DNA of 64,000 nucleotides from Planktothrix sp. GU0601_MAG3 (GTDB lineage Bacteria > Cyanobacteriota > Cyanobacteriia > Cyanobacteriales > Microcoleaceae): NCBI GenBank assembly GCA_035193785.1, contig CP136572.1, positions 3,732,578-3,796,577 on the forward strand, read 5' to 3'. Positions 52,697 through 63,135 of the stretch are shown piece after piece. A program made the translations under genes and the position numbers. The notes beneath the pieces are model-generated. The model saw only the letters and a list, made by a program, of their open reading frames with translations. It was not told the origin of the DNA and made no database searches. Position 1 is the first letter of the stretch. Every line of letters starts with the position of its first letter.

Positions 52697-52763
52697 AAAT
52701 ATATCTTTAAATTGTTGATCTGGTGGCTTTTTGTATTCATCCTGTAAACCCCAATGAAAATTA

Positions 52764-53201
52764 ATGAAACTCATAGAAAGACTTTTTCCTAGAACTCATC
52801 AAACCAGTCGAGAGGAGGCTAAACGTCGCCTGAAGTTGGTCTTAGCCCATGACCGGGCTGATCTATCGGCGGAAATGGTGGAAGCCATGCGAAAAGAAAT
52901 CATGGAAGTGGTATCTCGTTATGTAGAAATAGATACCGATGATTCGGAATTTAACTTAGAAAGTGATAACCGAGCCACGGCATTAGTGGCTAATTTATTG
53001 ATTCGTCGGGTCAAACAAAGGGGATTAGTTATGGCTGAATCTTCTCCATCAGAGGAGGAAGTTAAACCTCCTAAAGATGAGAAAACAGAGGAAACCCCAC
53101 CGTCCCCAACTCCCACCCCCAAACCCCAACCACCAACTCCAGTTAAATCTGAGTTAGAATCCCCTCCTACCCAACCGGAGAAAAGCCCGGAGAACCCATA
53201 G
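52764..53201 (+). CDS. minE: Cell division topological specificity factor MinE with a Pro/Glu-rich extension
   Basis: AKRRLKLVLAHDR, MRKEIMEVVSRYVEID. Confidence 0.93.
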   Translation: MKLIERLFPRTHQTSREEAKRRLKLVLAHDRADLSAEMVEAMRKEIMEVVSRYVEIDTDDSEFNLESDNRATALVANLLIRRVKQRGLVMAESSPSEEEVKPPKDEKTEETPPSPTPTPKPQPPTPVKSELESPPTQPEKSPENP

Positions 53202-53278
53202 AAACCCGTGGGGTTATCATCTTCCCAGGGGTTGGGTCTCCAAACCCTCCTCTGAATTAGGTTGATTTACGACTTTTC

Positions 53279-53719
53279 CTATTCCCTATTTCCCAAATAT
53301 TTAATCATTTTAATATGGGCAATTCCGGCTTCTTGAAAAGGTTCTCCTATTGCTTCAAATCCCAATTTTAAATAGAGATTTTTAATATAGGTTTGAGCAT
53401 TAACAATCACTATTTTAATACAAGTTTGAGCGATCGCTTCTAAGGCACATTCCATTAATTGTTGACCAATTCCAATTCCCCTAGCGGTCGCCAGAACAGC
53501 CAACCGTTCGATTTTAGCTTTTTCTGGGTCTAAATAACGGATACGCAGGGTTCCAATCGGATAATCATCCAAATAGGCTAATAAATGTTGGGCTAATTCA
53601 TCCTCACCATCAAATTCCAATTCAGGATCAACTCCTTGTTCAAGTTCAAAAACTTGATATCGAATCGCTTTAATTTCTATAAAATGTTCAGAATATTTAA
53701 CCGTTTGAATCCTAATCAT
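53279..53719 (-). CDS. GNAT acetyltransferase (ElaA/YjcF-like)
   Basis: R..VF..EQ, KIERLAV, RGIGIG, NAQ, F.EAGI.H. Confidence 0.9.
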   Translation of the reverse strand: MIRIQTVKYSEHFIEIKAIRYQVFELEQGVDPELEFDGEDELAQHLLAYLDDYPIGTLRIRYLDPEKAKIERLAVLATARGIGIGQQLMECALEAIAQTCIKIVIVNAQTYIKNLYLKLGFEAIGEPFQEAGIAHIKMIKYLGNRE

Positions 53720-53776
53720 TGGGGGAGTTAAGAATTACGAATTACTAGAGTCAATCAACAAACTGATAACTGATAA

Positions 53777-54000
53777 CTGGTACGGGCGGGTTCTTTTAGA
53801 TCTCTGTAATCACCGCGCACCTTGATGAACCCGCCCCTACGACTGATGACTGGTACGGGCGGGTTTCTTTTAGATCTCTGGAATCACCGCGCACCTTGAT
53901 GAACCCGCCCCTACGACTGACGACTGATGACTGGTACGGGCGGGTTCTTTTAGATCTCTGGAATCACCGCGCACCTTGATGAACCCGCCCCTACGACTGA
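53777..54000. repeat. Three tandem ~73-81-bp REP-like hairpins separated by STRR heptamers
   Basis: ctggtacgggcgggtt..agatctctg.aatcaccgcgcaccttgatgaacccgcccctacgactga at 53777, 53850 and 53931. Confidence 0.88.
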
Positions 54001-54006
54001 TAACTG

Positions 54007-54844
54007 TTAACTGATATTAGAGCGGTCAGTTAAAATTTCATAGCCGGTTTCTGTGACTAAAACCGTATGTTCAAATTGAGCAGATAAGGCATTATCAATG
54101 GTTACGGCTGTCCATTTATCCGATAAAATTTTTGTAAATCGAGAACCCGCATTCAGAATTGGTTCAATGGCTAAAGTCATTCCCGCCTTCAATTTAATAT
54201 TAGGTAAAGAATGGGTACGAGCATTAAAAACCGAGGGTTCTTCGTGGAGATTTCGTCCCACTCCATGACCTGTAAATTCTTCTACAATTTTATAACCATT
54301 GGCTTCTGTATAATCCTGAACCGCTCCCGCAATATCAAGTAAATAAGCTCCCGCTTTGACCTGTTCAATCCCTTTATATAACGCTTCTTCCGCCACTCTA
54401 ATTAAATTTTTTGCCTCGGGAGAAACCTCACCCACCCCAATAGTAATACAGGAATCTCCATGAAATTCTTGATAATAAGCTCCCGTATCAACTTTTAAAA
54501 CATCTCCGGTACGAATGACTTTTCTACGATTAGGAATACCATGAACAACCTCATTATTAATAGAAGCACAAATAGAAGCCGGAAATCCATGATATCCCTT
54601 AAAACTTGGAGTTGCTCCCATGTCTCGAATCCGTTTTTCTGCATAAGCATCTAAATCCGCCGTAGTCATCCCAGGTTGAAACCCGTTCGGAAATTTCTTT
54701 TAATACCGTAGCCACAATTTTTGCAGCTTGTCGCATAGTTTCTATTTCTTGAGGTGATTTAATATAGATTCCTCGACCACTTTTTTTAACTTGAGGGGAA
54801 TTATTTTGAGTCGGTTTAGATAGAAAATCAGCAATAATATTCAT
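54007..54844 (-). CDS. map: Methionine aminopeptidase type I (apparent +1 error at ~54680)
   Basis: [40 protein letters not shown]. Confidence 0.96.
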
Positions 54845-54997
54845 CGTGTTCGGAGTTAAGTGTGTTCAGAGAAAATATCTTTATATAAATTACCTTAAAA
54901 TCTCAAGTTTTGGGTTACAGTTCCAGGCTAAAACTCCAACCATGCTGTTTAAACCCTAAAAACCCATAGAATTGATGGGCGTTAGTTCGTTTTAAAC

Positions 54998-55096
54998 AGG
55001 ACTTACGCACAAGACCAAGGAAACCTGGTTTCTGGCCCTGATTTTGCCGATGAAATCGAGATTTCTCGTTCAGAAACCCGATTTCTGCGTAAGTCG
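54998..55096. repeat. Composite inverted-repeat element GACTTACGCA...TGCGTAAGTC enclosing a degenerate AGAAACC pair
   Basis: Inverted repeat visible; a solo AGGACTTACGCA also occurs at ~1898. Confidence 0.6.
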
Positions 55097-55178
55097 TTTT
55101 AAATTAGACGAAAGCATGGCTATGCAAAGAGAAAAAAAGAGACGTGCAAAGGCGCGTCTCCAGGGGCGGGAATGATAT

Positions 55179-55971
55179 TTAGTTCGTGAACCCGTCTAAA
55201 TTGAAGACTTTTTCCTCAGAACTACTCCCTAAATCTGTGTTTTCGCCTTCGGTTAAATCATAACTTTTCTCTGTTAAACGAGCAGAAGTTTCCGTAAGCA
55301 AGGCGTCACTATTTAAAGCCGTCCAAATTTCTGGACTAACTTGATTACTGCTTTCTAAGCCCTGGGCAATTTGAAATTCATGCAGTGCCGCCAGGGTGCG
55401 GGAACCCAAAATCCCATCCACCGGGCCAGGACGATAGCCTTTGGCCATTAAACGTTCCTGTAATACACGAACATCCGTTCCCCGGGAAACCTCTGGATAA
55501 AACACCCTGCTGATTAACCCGAACCGGACTGGCCACTTGAGGCTCTACCGATAGAGCTTGCCAGGTATCACGGTCTACAACACCCGTCACTTCTAATCCC
55601 TTAGCCTGCTGAAACGCCTGCACCGATGCCGTTGTCCGAGGGCCAAAAACACTATCAATTTTACCCGGGGTGAACCCATGGGCTTTTAACCGTTGCTGTA
55701 ACCCCGTGACTTGGGAGCCTTGAGTGCCTTGGGATAATACCCGTTCCCGATGGCGAGGGGGCTCAGTTTCGGATTGATAAAAAGGTTTAGAAAACAGTTC
55801 CCGTCTGGCTGTTTCCGTGTCCGTCAAGCTGGGGTTTACCCCAGAATCGCCGTTTTCCTGCCAGGATTCTGTGATTCCTGAACTAGAACTCGATGTCGCC
55901 AAAGCAACGGGAGCAAAGACAGGCAGAACTAAAGAAAATAAGCCGGCAATAATAGCAGTTTTAATCCCCAT
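55179..55971 (-). CDS. Secreted peptidoglycan-binding domain protein, two PG_binding_1 domains (apparent +1 error at ~55488)
   Basis: Signal peptide; two L..G..G..V..LQ.RL...G..PG..D...G.RT.....FQ repeats. Confidence 0.88.
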
Positions 55972-56150
55972 GGCTTTGACCCTATATTTTATAAAGTTTG
56001 ATTGTACTAAATTTAAGTTTCTGAACTGAATTTTATCATCACCGAGGAGGAGGCAAGTCAGAAAATGGGTTATTTATTAAGTTTTAACAAAAAATTAACC
56101 CTCTCGGTCATCAAGGGGGTTAATAATAGGAAAACCCAATCAAACTCAGA

Positions 56151-56854
56151 TTAGACCGTTGCTAACTCAGGAGTAGGGCGTTTGCTATGGCGAATTCCTT
56201 CAATGGCTTTAGCATAATCGGGGGCATTGAATACCGCCGAACCCGCAACAATGGCGTTAGCTCCAGCTTCCAAGACCTGCCAAGTATTATCGCCTTTGAG
56301 ACCGCCATCCACCTCAATCCAGGGATTTAAACCCCGTTCATCGCACATTTGACGTAGGGCGCGAATTTTCGGCACAATTCCCGGGATAAACTTCTGACCA
56401 CCAAAACCTGGGTTAACACTCATAATTAACACCAAGTCGCAAAGTTCTAACACATATTCAATTAATTCTAAGGGGGTAGAAGGATTCAGAACCACACCCG
56501 CTTGTTTACCCAGTTCTCGAATTTGACCCAGGGTTTTCTATGTAGGTGGGGAGAAGCGTTGTGTTCGGCGTGAATCGAAATAATATCAGCACCCGCTTTC
56601 GCAAAACCTTCGACGTATTTTTCCGGTTCCACAATCATTAAGTGGACATCCAGGGGTTTTTTAGTCACGGGACGAATAGCTTCTACGATTAATGGCCCAA
56701 TGGTAATATTGGGAACGAAGCGACCATCCATCACATCAACGTGAATCCAATCGGCGCCAGCTTCATCCACCGCCCGAATTTCTTCACCAAGACGACTAAA
56801 ATCCGCTGATAATATAGAGGGGGAAATAACAATCGGTTTAACGGTTGTGGTCAT
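56151..56854 (-). CDS. rpe: Ribulose-phosphate 3-epimerase (apparent +2 error at ~56535)
   Basis: [39 protein letters not shown]. Confidence 0.96.
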
Positions 56855-56979
56855 GGGTTAATCTGTTCTCCTGCATCTCAAGTTGCCACCATTGTATCAG
56901 AATCCCGGTATTGGGTTGGCTGGTTTTAGAAGTTAAGGAAATATTTCCTGTTTTCGGTGCTTACTTTATTTTTTATTGT

Positions 56980-57354
56980 ATGAAAACCCATCACCTCTAC
57001 GAGAATCCCGAACATGAACGGTTACAGTTGTTTGTTTATTTAATCCCCATATTTGGTTTCTTTCCGGCATTATGGACATTGTATCGACAGCAAGGCACAA
57101 AACAACAACAAGCCGTGAGTCGGTTGGTGATTGTGTTAGCGTTCAGTTGGTTAACAGCACTGATATTGTTAGGAACTGGAGACTATAGTGCGGAATCCCT
57201 GACCTTGCCCATGTTATTAACCAGTAGTCTGTTGACCAGTAGTTATTTTATTGTCAGCCTGGGCTTAATGATTAAAGTCTGGAAACGTCAACCAATATGG
57301 CTTCCTGGAATTAGCCGCCTAGCTGAACAAGTATTAGGCAAACATCTGCCATAA
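56980..57354 (+). CDS. Small hypothetical membrane protein
   Basis: Three hydrophobic segments; ATG at 56980 avoids overlap with rpe. Confidence 0.7.
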   Translation: MKTHHLYENPEHERLQLFVYLIPIFGFFPALWTLYRQQGTKQQQAVSRLVIVLAFSWLTALILLGTGDYSAESLTLPMLLTSSLLTSSYFIVSLGLMIKVWKRQPIWLPGISRLAEQVLGKHLP

Positions 57355-57424
57355 TAGGTTGGTTCTAAAAGAATCCCCGATTTCGCCATCAGTGTATTAT
57401 CCCTAAAAATTACTTATTGATTGT

Positions 57425-58880
57425 GTGAGGAAGTTCGTGTCAGCACCAAGATATCAGAGTCAAAAACCATTGCCAAACCTGTCAAAACCCAATCTCAGGA
57501 AATTAGCTCAATCTAGTCCTGGACGCTGGTTAGGACTGGGTTTAGGTTTGGCTGGAGTCGCCATGATTTCAGCCACCGCCGGGGCTTTATTAGCCGTCTC
57601 CCTATCGACAACACCCCTACTACAGCAAAAACTAACCCCCGAAGAAGCGGCGGTTTTTTCCCAGGGCCAAATGGCCACCACCAACATGAAACTACCGGAA
57701 TTAACCCGCCCGGTGAATATTCTGGTGATGGGGGTGAAGGTTTTAACCTCAGATTTAGAAGATGATTCCCACCCGGAAGTCGGATACCATGCTTTGGTGG
57801 ATTCCTTTAAGGGGTTATCGGATACAATGCTATTAATCCGCTTTGATCCGGCTAACAAACAGTTAAAAGTATTATCAATTCCTCGGGACACCCGGACGTA
57901 TGTAGAGGGTCGGGGAATGACTAAAATTAATGATGCCAACTATTATGGCGGCCCGGCTTTAAGTGCAAAAGCCACCAGTGAATTATTAGGCGGTGTGGGA
58001 ATAGACCGTTATGTGCGGGTGAATGTGCAAGGAGTAGAAAAATTAATTGATGCCATGGGAGGCGTGAATATTTACGTCCCCAAAGATATGAAATATCAAG
58101 ATGATAGTCAGCATCTCTATATTAATTTAAAACAAGGGGAACAACACCTAAATGGAGCGCAAGCCCTACAATTTTTACGGTTTCGTTATGATGCTTTAGG
58201 CGATATCGGACGGGTACAACGTCAACAAATGCTAATTCGGGCGTTCATGGAACAGTCATTAAATGTCAGTACCATTTCTAAACTGCCCCAAGTTATGTCA
58301 ATTGTTCAGTCTCATATTGATACTAATTTAAGTTTGGAAGAATTAGTTGCCCTAGTTGATTTTGCCACTAATATTAAACGCGAAAACGTACAAATGTTGA
58401 TGGTTTCCCGGTCAATTTAGCGACCCGAAAGAATATCGAGCCAGCTATTGGTTACCCGATGCAGCCCGCTTAGAAAATGTAGTGGCTCAACATTTTGATT
58501 TTGGTCAGGATGTTTGGAAATTTGATAATATTGATCCCAAAGATTTAAGGATTGCCATTCAAGATAGTAATGATAGTTCTGATGCTATTGATAAATTGGT
58601 TGGCACTTTGAATGATGGGGGTTTTTGGAACGTCAAAATTTCTAAACCTTGGACAGAACCCTTAGAAGAAACTAAAATTGTCGCTCAGGATGGGGATATT
58701 AAAAGCGCTGAATCCTTACAAAGATCCCTGGGTTTTGGTAAGGTTGTGGTAGAAAGTACGGGATTTTTAGAATCTGATTTAACCATTCAAGTCGGGAAAG
58801 ATTGGTTAAAAAAATACCAGCAACCTAGTCCTGCTGCGTCTCCAGGGCTTGAATTAACTCCTAATTCCACAAAAAGATGA
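57425..58880 (+). CDS. LCP (LytR-CpsA-Psr) family protein with C-terminal LytR_C domain (apparent +1 error at ~58405)
   Basis: NILVMG, SDTMLL, LSIPRDT, KINDA, RFRYD..GDIGRVQRQQ, DLTIQVGKDW. Confidence 0.9.
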
Positions 58881-58931
58881 TCGTCGGGGTTGGGTCTTTA
58901 AACCCTCTTAATGGTTTCAAAATTACGCTCA

Positions 58932-58996
58932 AGAAACCGGGTTTCTAATTAAGATTGATTGGATTAAATCAATATTTGTTAAGAAACCCGGTTTCT
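58932..58996. repeat. AGAAACCGGGTTTCT-family element (left flank of the TA module)
   Basis: Terminal inverted repeats visible. Confidence 0.85.
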
Positions 58997-59100
58997 GAAA
59001 GCGATCGCAGTTAACCAAATCTGAGTATTATACTCGAAATAACCAGTATTTCACAATCAAATGAAGCATAAACCCAATTTTAATTAGATGCTATTCAAGA

Positions 59101-59361
59101 TTATTCATACACTTGACGGCGATGTGCAATCACAATAACTATAATTTGCTTTTTTTCCTCATTAATAGAATAGACAACTCGATAGTCTCCAACACGATAA
59201 CGATAATATCCAGCTAACTCGCCTTTAAGGGGTTTAATATTAGGATGGTAACGAGGGGTAATTTTAATTGTATGAAAACAGCGATCTAACTTTTTCTGAA
59301 GGGAAGCAGATGCTTCTTCAAAAAAGTCCTGAGCTTCACGATTAATAACAATTTCATACAT
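59101..59361 (-). CDS. RelE/ParE family toxin
   Basis: KPLKG...YYRYRVGDYRVVY.I.......VIAHRRQVY. Confidence 0.9.
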   Translation of the reverse strand: MYEIVINREAQDFFEEASASLQKKLDRCFHTIKITPRYHPNIKPLKGELAGYYRYRVGDYRVVYSINEEKKQIIVIVIAHRRQVYE

Positions 59362-59365
59362 AAAA

Positions 59366-59596
59366 TTAATATTTCCGTTTGAGTTTATCAACAGAAATCA
59401 ATCGATCTTCTAAAACATCTTCCTTGCCTTTTTCAAAAGATTCTTTAAACCCAGGAATTTTAAGTAATTCTTCTGTTGCTTCTTGACTTTCTCGTTCTGC
59501 TAAATACGATAAAAAATCCGCAGCTACCACGAGTTTTTCTGGAGATAGCTGATCAACATACTGTTTAACTTGATTGCGAATATCAGTAACGTTCAT
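59366..59596 (-). CDS. Cognate antitoxin
   Basis: Small ORF directly upstream of the RelE gene; DFLSYL..E..EATEELL.IPG. Confidence 0.8.
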   Translation of the reverse strand: MNVTDIRNQVKQYVDQLSPEKLVVAADFLSYLAERESQEATEELLKIPGFKESFEKGKEDVLEDRLISVDKLKRKY

Positions 59597-59664
59597 AAAG
59601 TTATTTTGAATTGGGTTATTGTCTATTATATAATTTTTTTGAAGAATGCGATCACACAATTTCA

Positions 59665-59729
59665 AGAAACCGGGTTTCTAATTAAGATTGGTCTCCTCAA
59701 ATCAAGCTCTGTTGAGAAACCCGGTTTCT
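59665..59729. repeat. AGAAACCGGGTTTCT-family element (right flank of the TA module)
   Basis: First ~26 bp identical to the 58932 copy. Confidence 0.85.
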
Positions 59730-59735
59730 GATTCA

Positions 59736-61097
59736 TTATTTTTGTTGATCACAGCGAACTTTAATATATTCTCGAATAATAAAAGATAAACCAAATAAAA
59801 CCTGATCAGATTCAATTATTTTTATTAAATAGCGTCTCGTCAAAGAGTCTAACCCATTAATTAAATTAATTGACGATAATGATAGACTTTCTCTTAAATG
59901 TTCTCTGGATACAGGGTGATTATCCTGACTTAATTCTATAATAATCTGTTGTTCAATGGGTGATAATCGCTCAAATAATTGACTTAAACGAGATTGAATA
60001 GATTCTGTTAAAATTAAGCTATTTTCCTTTAAAAATTCAGAGACTTTACCGCTAAAGAGTTTTTTAATTAAATTTGCAATATCTTTTAAATAAACCGGAT
60101 TTCCGTTATATAATTGAATTAGTGTTGACCAACTCTCCTGATCTTGTAAACCATAGTTTTTCAGAATATCAATACTATCTAACCCTTGTAATTCCAAACA
60201 CTGAACGGGATATAATTCCTCATCCAAGGAGATCATTTCTTGGCATTTTTCCTGACTGATTAAAATTAAACTGCTTTTGTGTTCAATCTCAGTGATCATT
60301 GTCAAAAAGGGTTGATAATCTCGATATTCACTTTTATATTGTCCGGCTGCTTTTTCTTTAATAAATACTTCCTGTACGTCATCTAGGATGATTAAACATT
60401 TTTTATCACGAAAAAGATTTAAAATTTGAGTTAATTTATCGTCAGTTAAAACTGAATCAGTATTAATATTTGTTAGAATTTCAGTTAGAATACTATCTAA
60501 AGATGGGGAGAGTTTGATATTTTTCCAGATAATAATATCAAAGTGTTGTAAGTTCAGGTCAACAAATTGTTTAACTAGAGTTGTTTTACCAATACCACTT
60601 AATCCTAAAACTGAGACTAGACGAGTATTTTGATCAATTAACCAATGGGATAGGGTGTTCAGTTCGGTGGTGCGATCGTAAAAATAGGTTATTTTAGGAG
60701 CTATTGTTAAATCGTGAAATACTGTGGAAGTATTAGAAAGTTTGTCTGATAGAAGTTCTTTCGTATTATTATGAAAACTCTTTGAACAAAAATTAAAATT
60801 TTGATTAATTTCTACAATTTGTGATGAGGGTGAAGATGTTATCTTGGTTCTTTCTATTGTAGAGCAAAAATTAGATTTTTTAACATCTTCCCCTAGCTGT
60901 TCTGATAAAATTTGCAATAATTTATGACCAATATCTTTAACCCGACTCTCACTCCGATTAGATTCCTCTGCAATTGTCTTATAAGTTTGACCTTGCCACA
61001 ACCCCTTAATTACTTCCTCTTGCAGATCATCTAAATGTTTTCCGGTTTGAGCAAAGACTAACTCATTTGCTAATTGTAAAGCCTCTGTAACAGTCAT
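59736..61097 (-). CDS. wHTH + NB-ARC/STAND ATPase regulator without a C-terminal repeat sensor
   Basis: HLDDLQ..VI.G.W....Y..IA N-terminus; FYDR..EL, GLSGIGKT, LIILDD, GNP.YL. Confidence 0.85.
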   Translation of the reverse strand: MTVTEALQLANELVFAQTGKHLDDLQEEVIKGLWQGQTYKTIAEESNRSESRVKDIGHKLLQILSEQLGEDVKKSNFCSTIERTKITSSPSSQIVEINQNFNFCSKSFHNNTKELLSDKLSNTSTVFHDLTIAPKITYFYDRTTELNTLSHWLIDQNTRLVSVLGLSGIGKTTLVKQFVDLNLQHFDIIIWKNIKLSPSLDSILTEILTNINTDSVLTDDKLTQILNLFRDKKCLIILDDVQEVFIKEKAAGQYKSEYRDYQPFLTMITEIEHKSSLILISQEKCQEMISLDEELYPVQCLELQGLDSIDILKNYGLQDQESWSTLIQLYNGNPVYLKDIANLIKKLFSGKVSEFLKENSLILTESIQSRLSQLFERLSPIEQQIIIELSQDNHPVSREHLRESLSLSSINLINGLDSLTRRYLIKIIESDQVLFGLSFIIREYIKVRCDQQK

Positions 61098-61143
61098 AGG
61101 GTTACGATGTAGTCAGGGATGTAGCCATTATAACCTAAAATCA

Positions 61144-61181
61144 AACAGAACTTAATCAAACATTTTAGAACAGTTTAGAAC
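61144..61181. promoter_or_regulatory. Four 10-bp-phased (A/G)AAC direct repeats, candidate operator
   Basis: aacagaac / aatcaaac / tttagaac / tttagaac with 10-bp period. Confidence 0.4.
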
Positions 61182-61307
61182 TTTACCCTCATAATTCGTA
61201 ACAAAATTCACGATTTAATCGTACATTTCAGGATTTCTAAAATCACAATTTTATCTGATGATATTTCATTGTAATTTTATCCCCATCACCAGACTCTCTA
61301 AGTTGAG

Positions 61308-61892
61308 ATGATTATGAATATTTTTAAACATAGGTTAGTTAATGGATGGCTCTCCAGTTTGATTTTAGCAACTCTATTTCTTGATACAGGAAATTTAGTT
61401 TATGCTCAAGCTCGTCGGTCAGGAGTTACTTCTTTGGCAGAGCTAGGATGTCAAGGTTCAGATTATTCAAATTATACTGCTGCCAACCGAGATTTCATTG
61501 TAGGTTTTGAAGTCTTCAGATCAGTTGGTTATCTTAGACGTAGCGGAGGTGCGCCTGATAATAAGTCCTATACTCTTGACAACAACGGGAGTCGAGCAGC
61601 GTGCAGATTAGCTGCACCAGGAGAAACACCCAGATTTAGAACTCTAAGTTTAGCAATTGGTATCCCAGATGATCATGCTTATGGTAAAGGTTCTGTTAGT
61701 AGGTTATCAATCTACAAAGATGGACAGTTTTATGAATACAAAGATTTAACTGCGGGACAAAAAGTTTTATGGATTATAGATGTTACTAATACTCGTAGCA
61801 TTGGTTTAGAAGGTCAATGTATAAAAACGGGTTCTTCCTGGGGTACTCAGAACTGCCCTGCAATTTATTTTTTTGAAGATCTTTTAGAATAA
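61308..61892 (+). CDS. Secreted Cys-containing protein, possibly NPCBM/NEW2-like beta-sandwich
   Basis: Signal peptide ending VYA-Q; GI.DD, IYKDG, IDVTN...I.L pattern; four Cys. Confidence 0.6.
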   Translation: MIMNIFKHRLVNGWLSSLILATLFLDTGNLVYAQARRSGVTSLAELGCQGSDYSNYTAANRDFIVGFEVFRSVGYLRRSGGAPDNKSYTLDNNGSRAACRLAAPGETPRFRTLSLAIGIPDDHAYGKGSVSRLSIYKDGQFYEYKDLTAGQKVLWIIDVTNTRSIGLEGQCIKTGSSWGTQNCPAIYFFEDLLE

Positions 61893-61900
61893 TTAACTCT

Positions 61901-62591
61901 ATGAAACGGAGAAAATTCATATACTATAGTGGTCTGGGGACTGCTTCTTTTATCGTTAATTTAGGCTTACATAACCCCAAACGAGCAGATGCTTTCTTGT
62001 TTTTCTTATTAGCTAACCCGGTTTTACGTTTAGTCATGGGAAGCTTAGGAAGATCAGCGTTTTCTTTCTTTCAAAGAAGACAGCAAGAATGGTGGGATAA
62101 AAGGCTAGAAGTTCAGTTAGCCCAACGGGAGTTTTTGCATCGACAATTCCAAGATATTACTGTTGCAGAAATCAGAAGTCCTCAATATTCGGTAATAATT
62201 GGATCAGAAACGTCGTGAAAGTTTAGGAAATAATGCAGCACTGGTGTTTCCTCGCATTGAAGATAGTAGACCCACCCTATCTGCATTTTCTGGCGCTGCT
62301 TCTATCGGAATGGCGATCGCAGCACAATATTTGCAGGAAAATACACGCCTAACCACTCCTCAAATTCAAGCTGCAATTTTACCCAGAATGGCAGGGGGAA
62401 TTGATTATTCTGATTGGCGAGATTGGAATAGTAGCAGTTTTAGAGGTTATCCTAATAGTTACTCCGATACTGGGGTTAGAATTCGTTATGATGCAGTACA
62501 ACCCACTAAGGGAGGTTTTGGGATGATTGATGTTAATGTCAATGCTAATTTACTGATTAAGATTCCACCTATTAAGGTCAATTTTGCTTAA
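61901..62591 (+). CDS. Tat-signal hypothetical protein (apparent +1 error at ~62209)
   Basis: MKRRKFI twin-arginine motif and ADA cleavage site; the two ORFs join if GAAAC is read as GAAC. Confidence 0.65.
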
Positions 62592-62672
62592 ATATTTATT
62601 AATTATAAATTTAAAAATTAAGCATTGGCAATAACTAAAAAAACAATCTAAATAGTTTGAGATCCAATTCAT

Positions 62673-62701
62673 CGTAGGGGCGAGGCGTGCCTCGCCCCTA
62701 C
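62673..62701. repeat. GTAGGGGCGAGGCGTGCCTCGCCCCTAC REP-like palindrome
   Basis: Perfect stem with GTAG/CTAC ends. Confidence 0.75.
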
Positions 62702-63135
62702 AGGGGAATATAGATATTTTTTGGAATTAATAATCAGCGCGAGTTCTTTTAAGAAGAAAATAAAATTAGATTTAAAACCCAAAAAATCTCCAAGCCAAGC
62801 ACTTAAAAGAATTAAAATGAGGTTAGCGATCGCATAATTCCTCACCCACCCCCGAACTTGCTTAACTATCCGTTAGGACATATCCGCCTGAGACGATCAA
62901 AATCAATGGCCTACCCGGGTCAAAGTCCGTGACATTATATCGATCCGAGGGGGCAATGGCAACCCCATATCAAAATTACGGGTGTCCTCACTGCACGTTT
63001 GACCAAATAACGTTACATTAGACTGTAGTATCTCAATAAAAGTTTACATCGGGACATTAAAACCTATCATCGTCCCCCCCACCAGGGATGACAACTCCAT
63101 AAAAATAAACGTTATATAGGGAGTGAGCAGAAAAA

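Noticed and set aside
53777..54000. CRISPR array
   Set aside because: Internal sequences are near-identical; it is a tandem REP-like hairpin.
62830..63130. ncRNA or riboswitch upstream of clpC
   Set aside because: GC-richer spacer, but no motif or convincing structure could be recognised.
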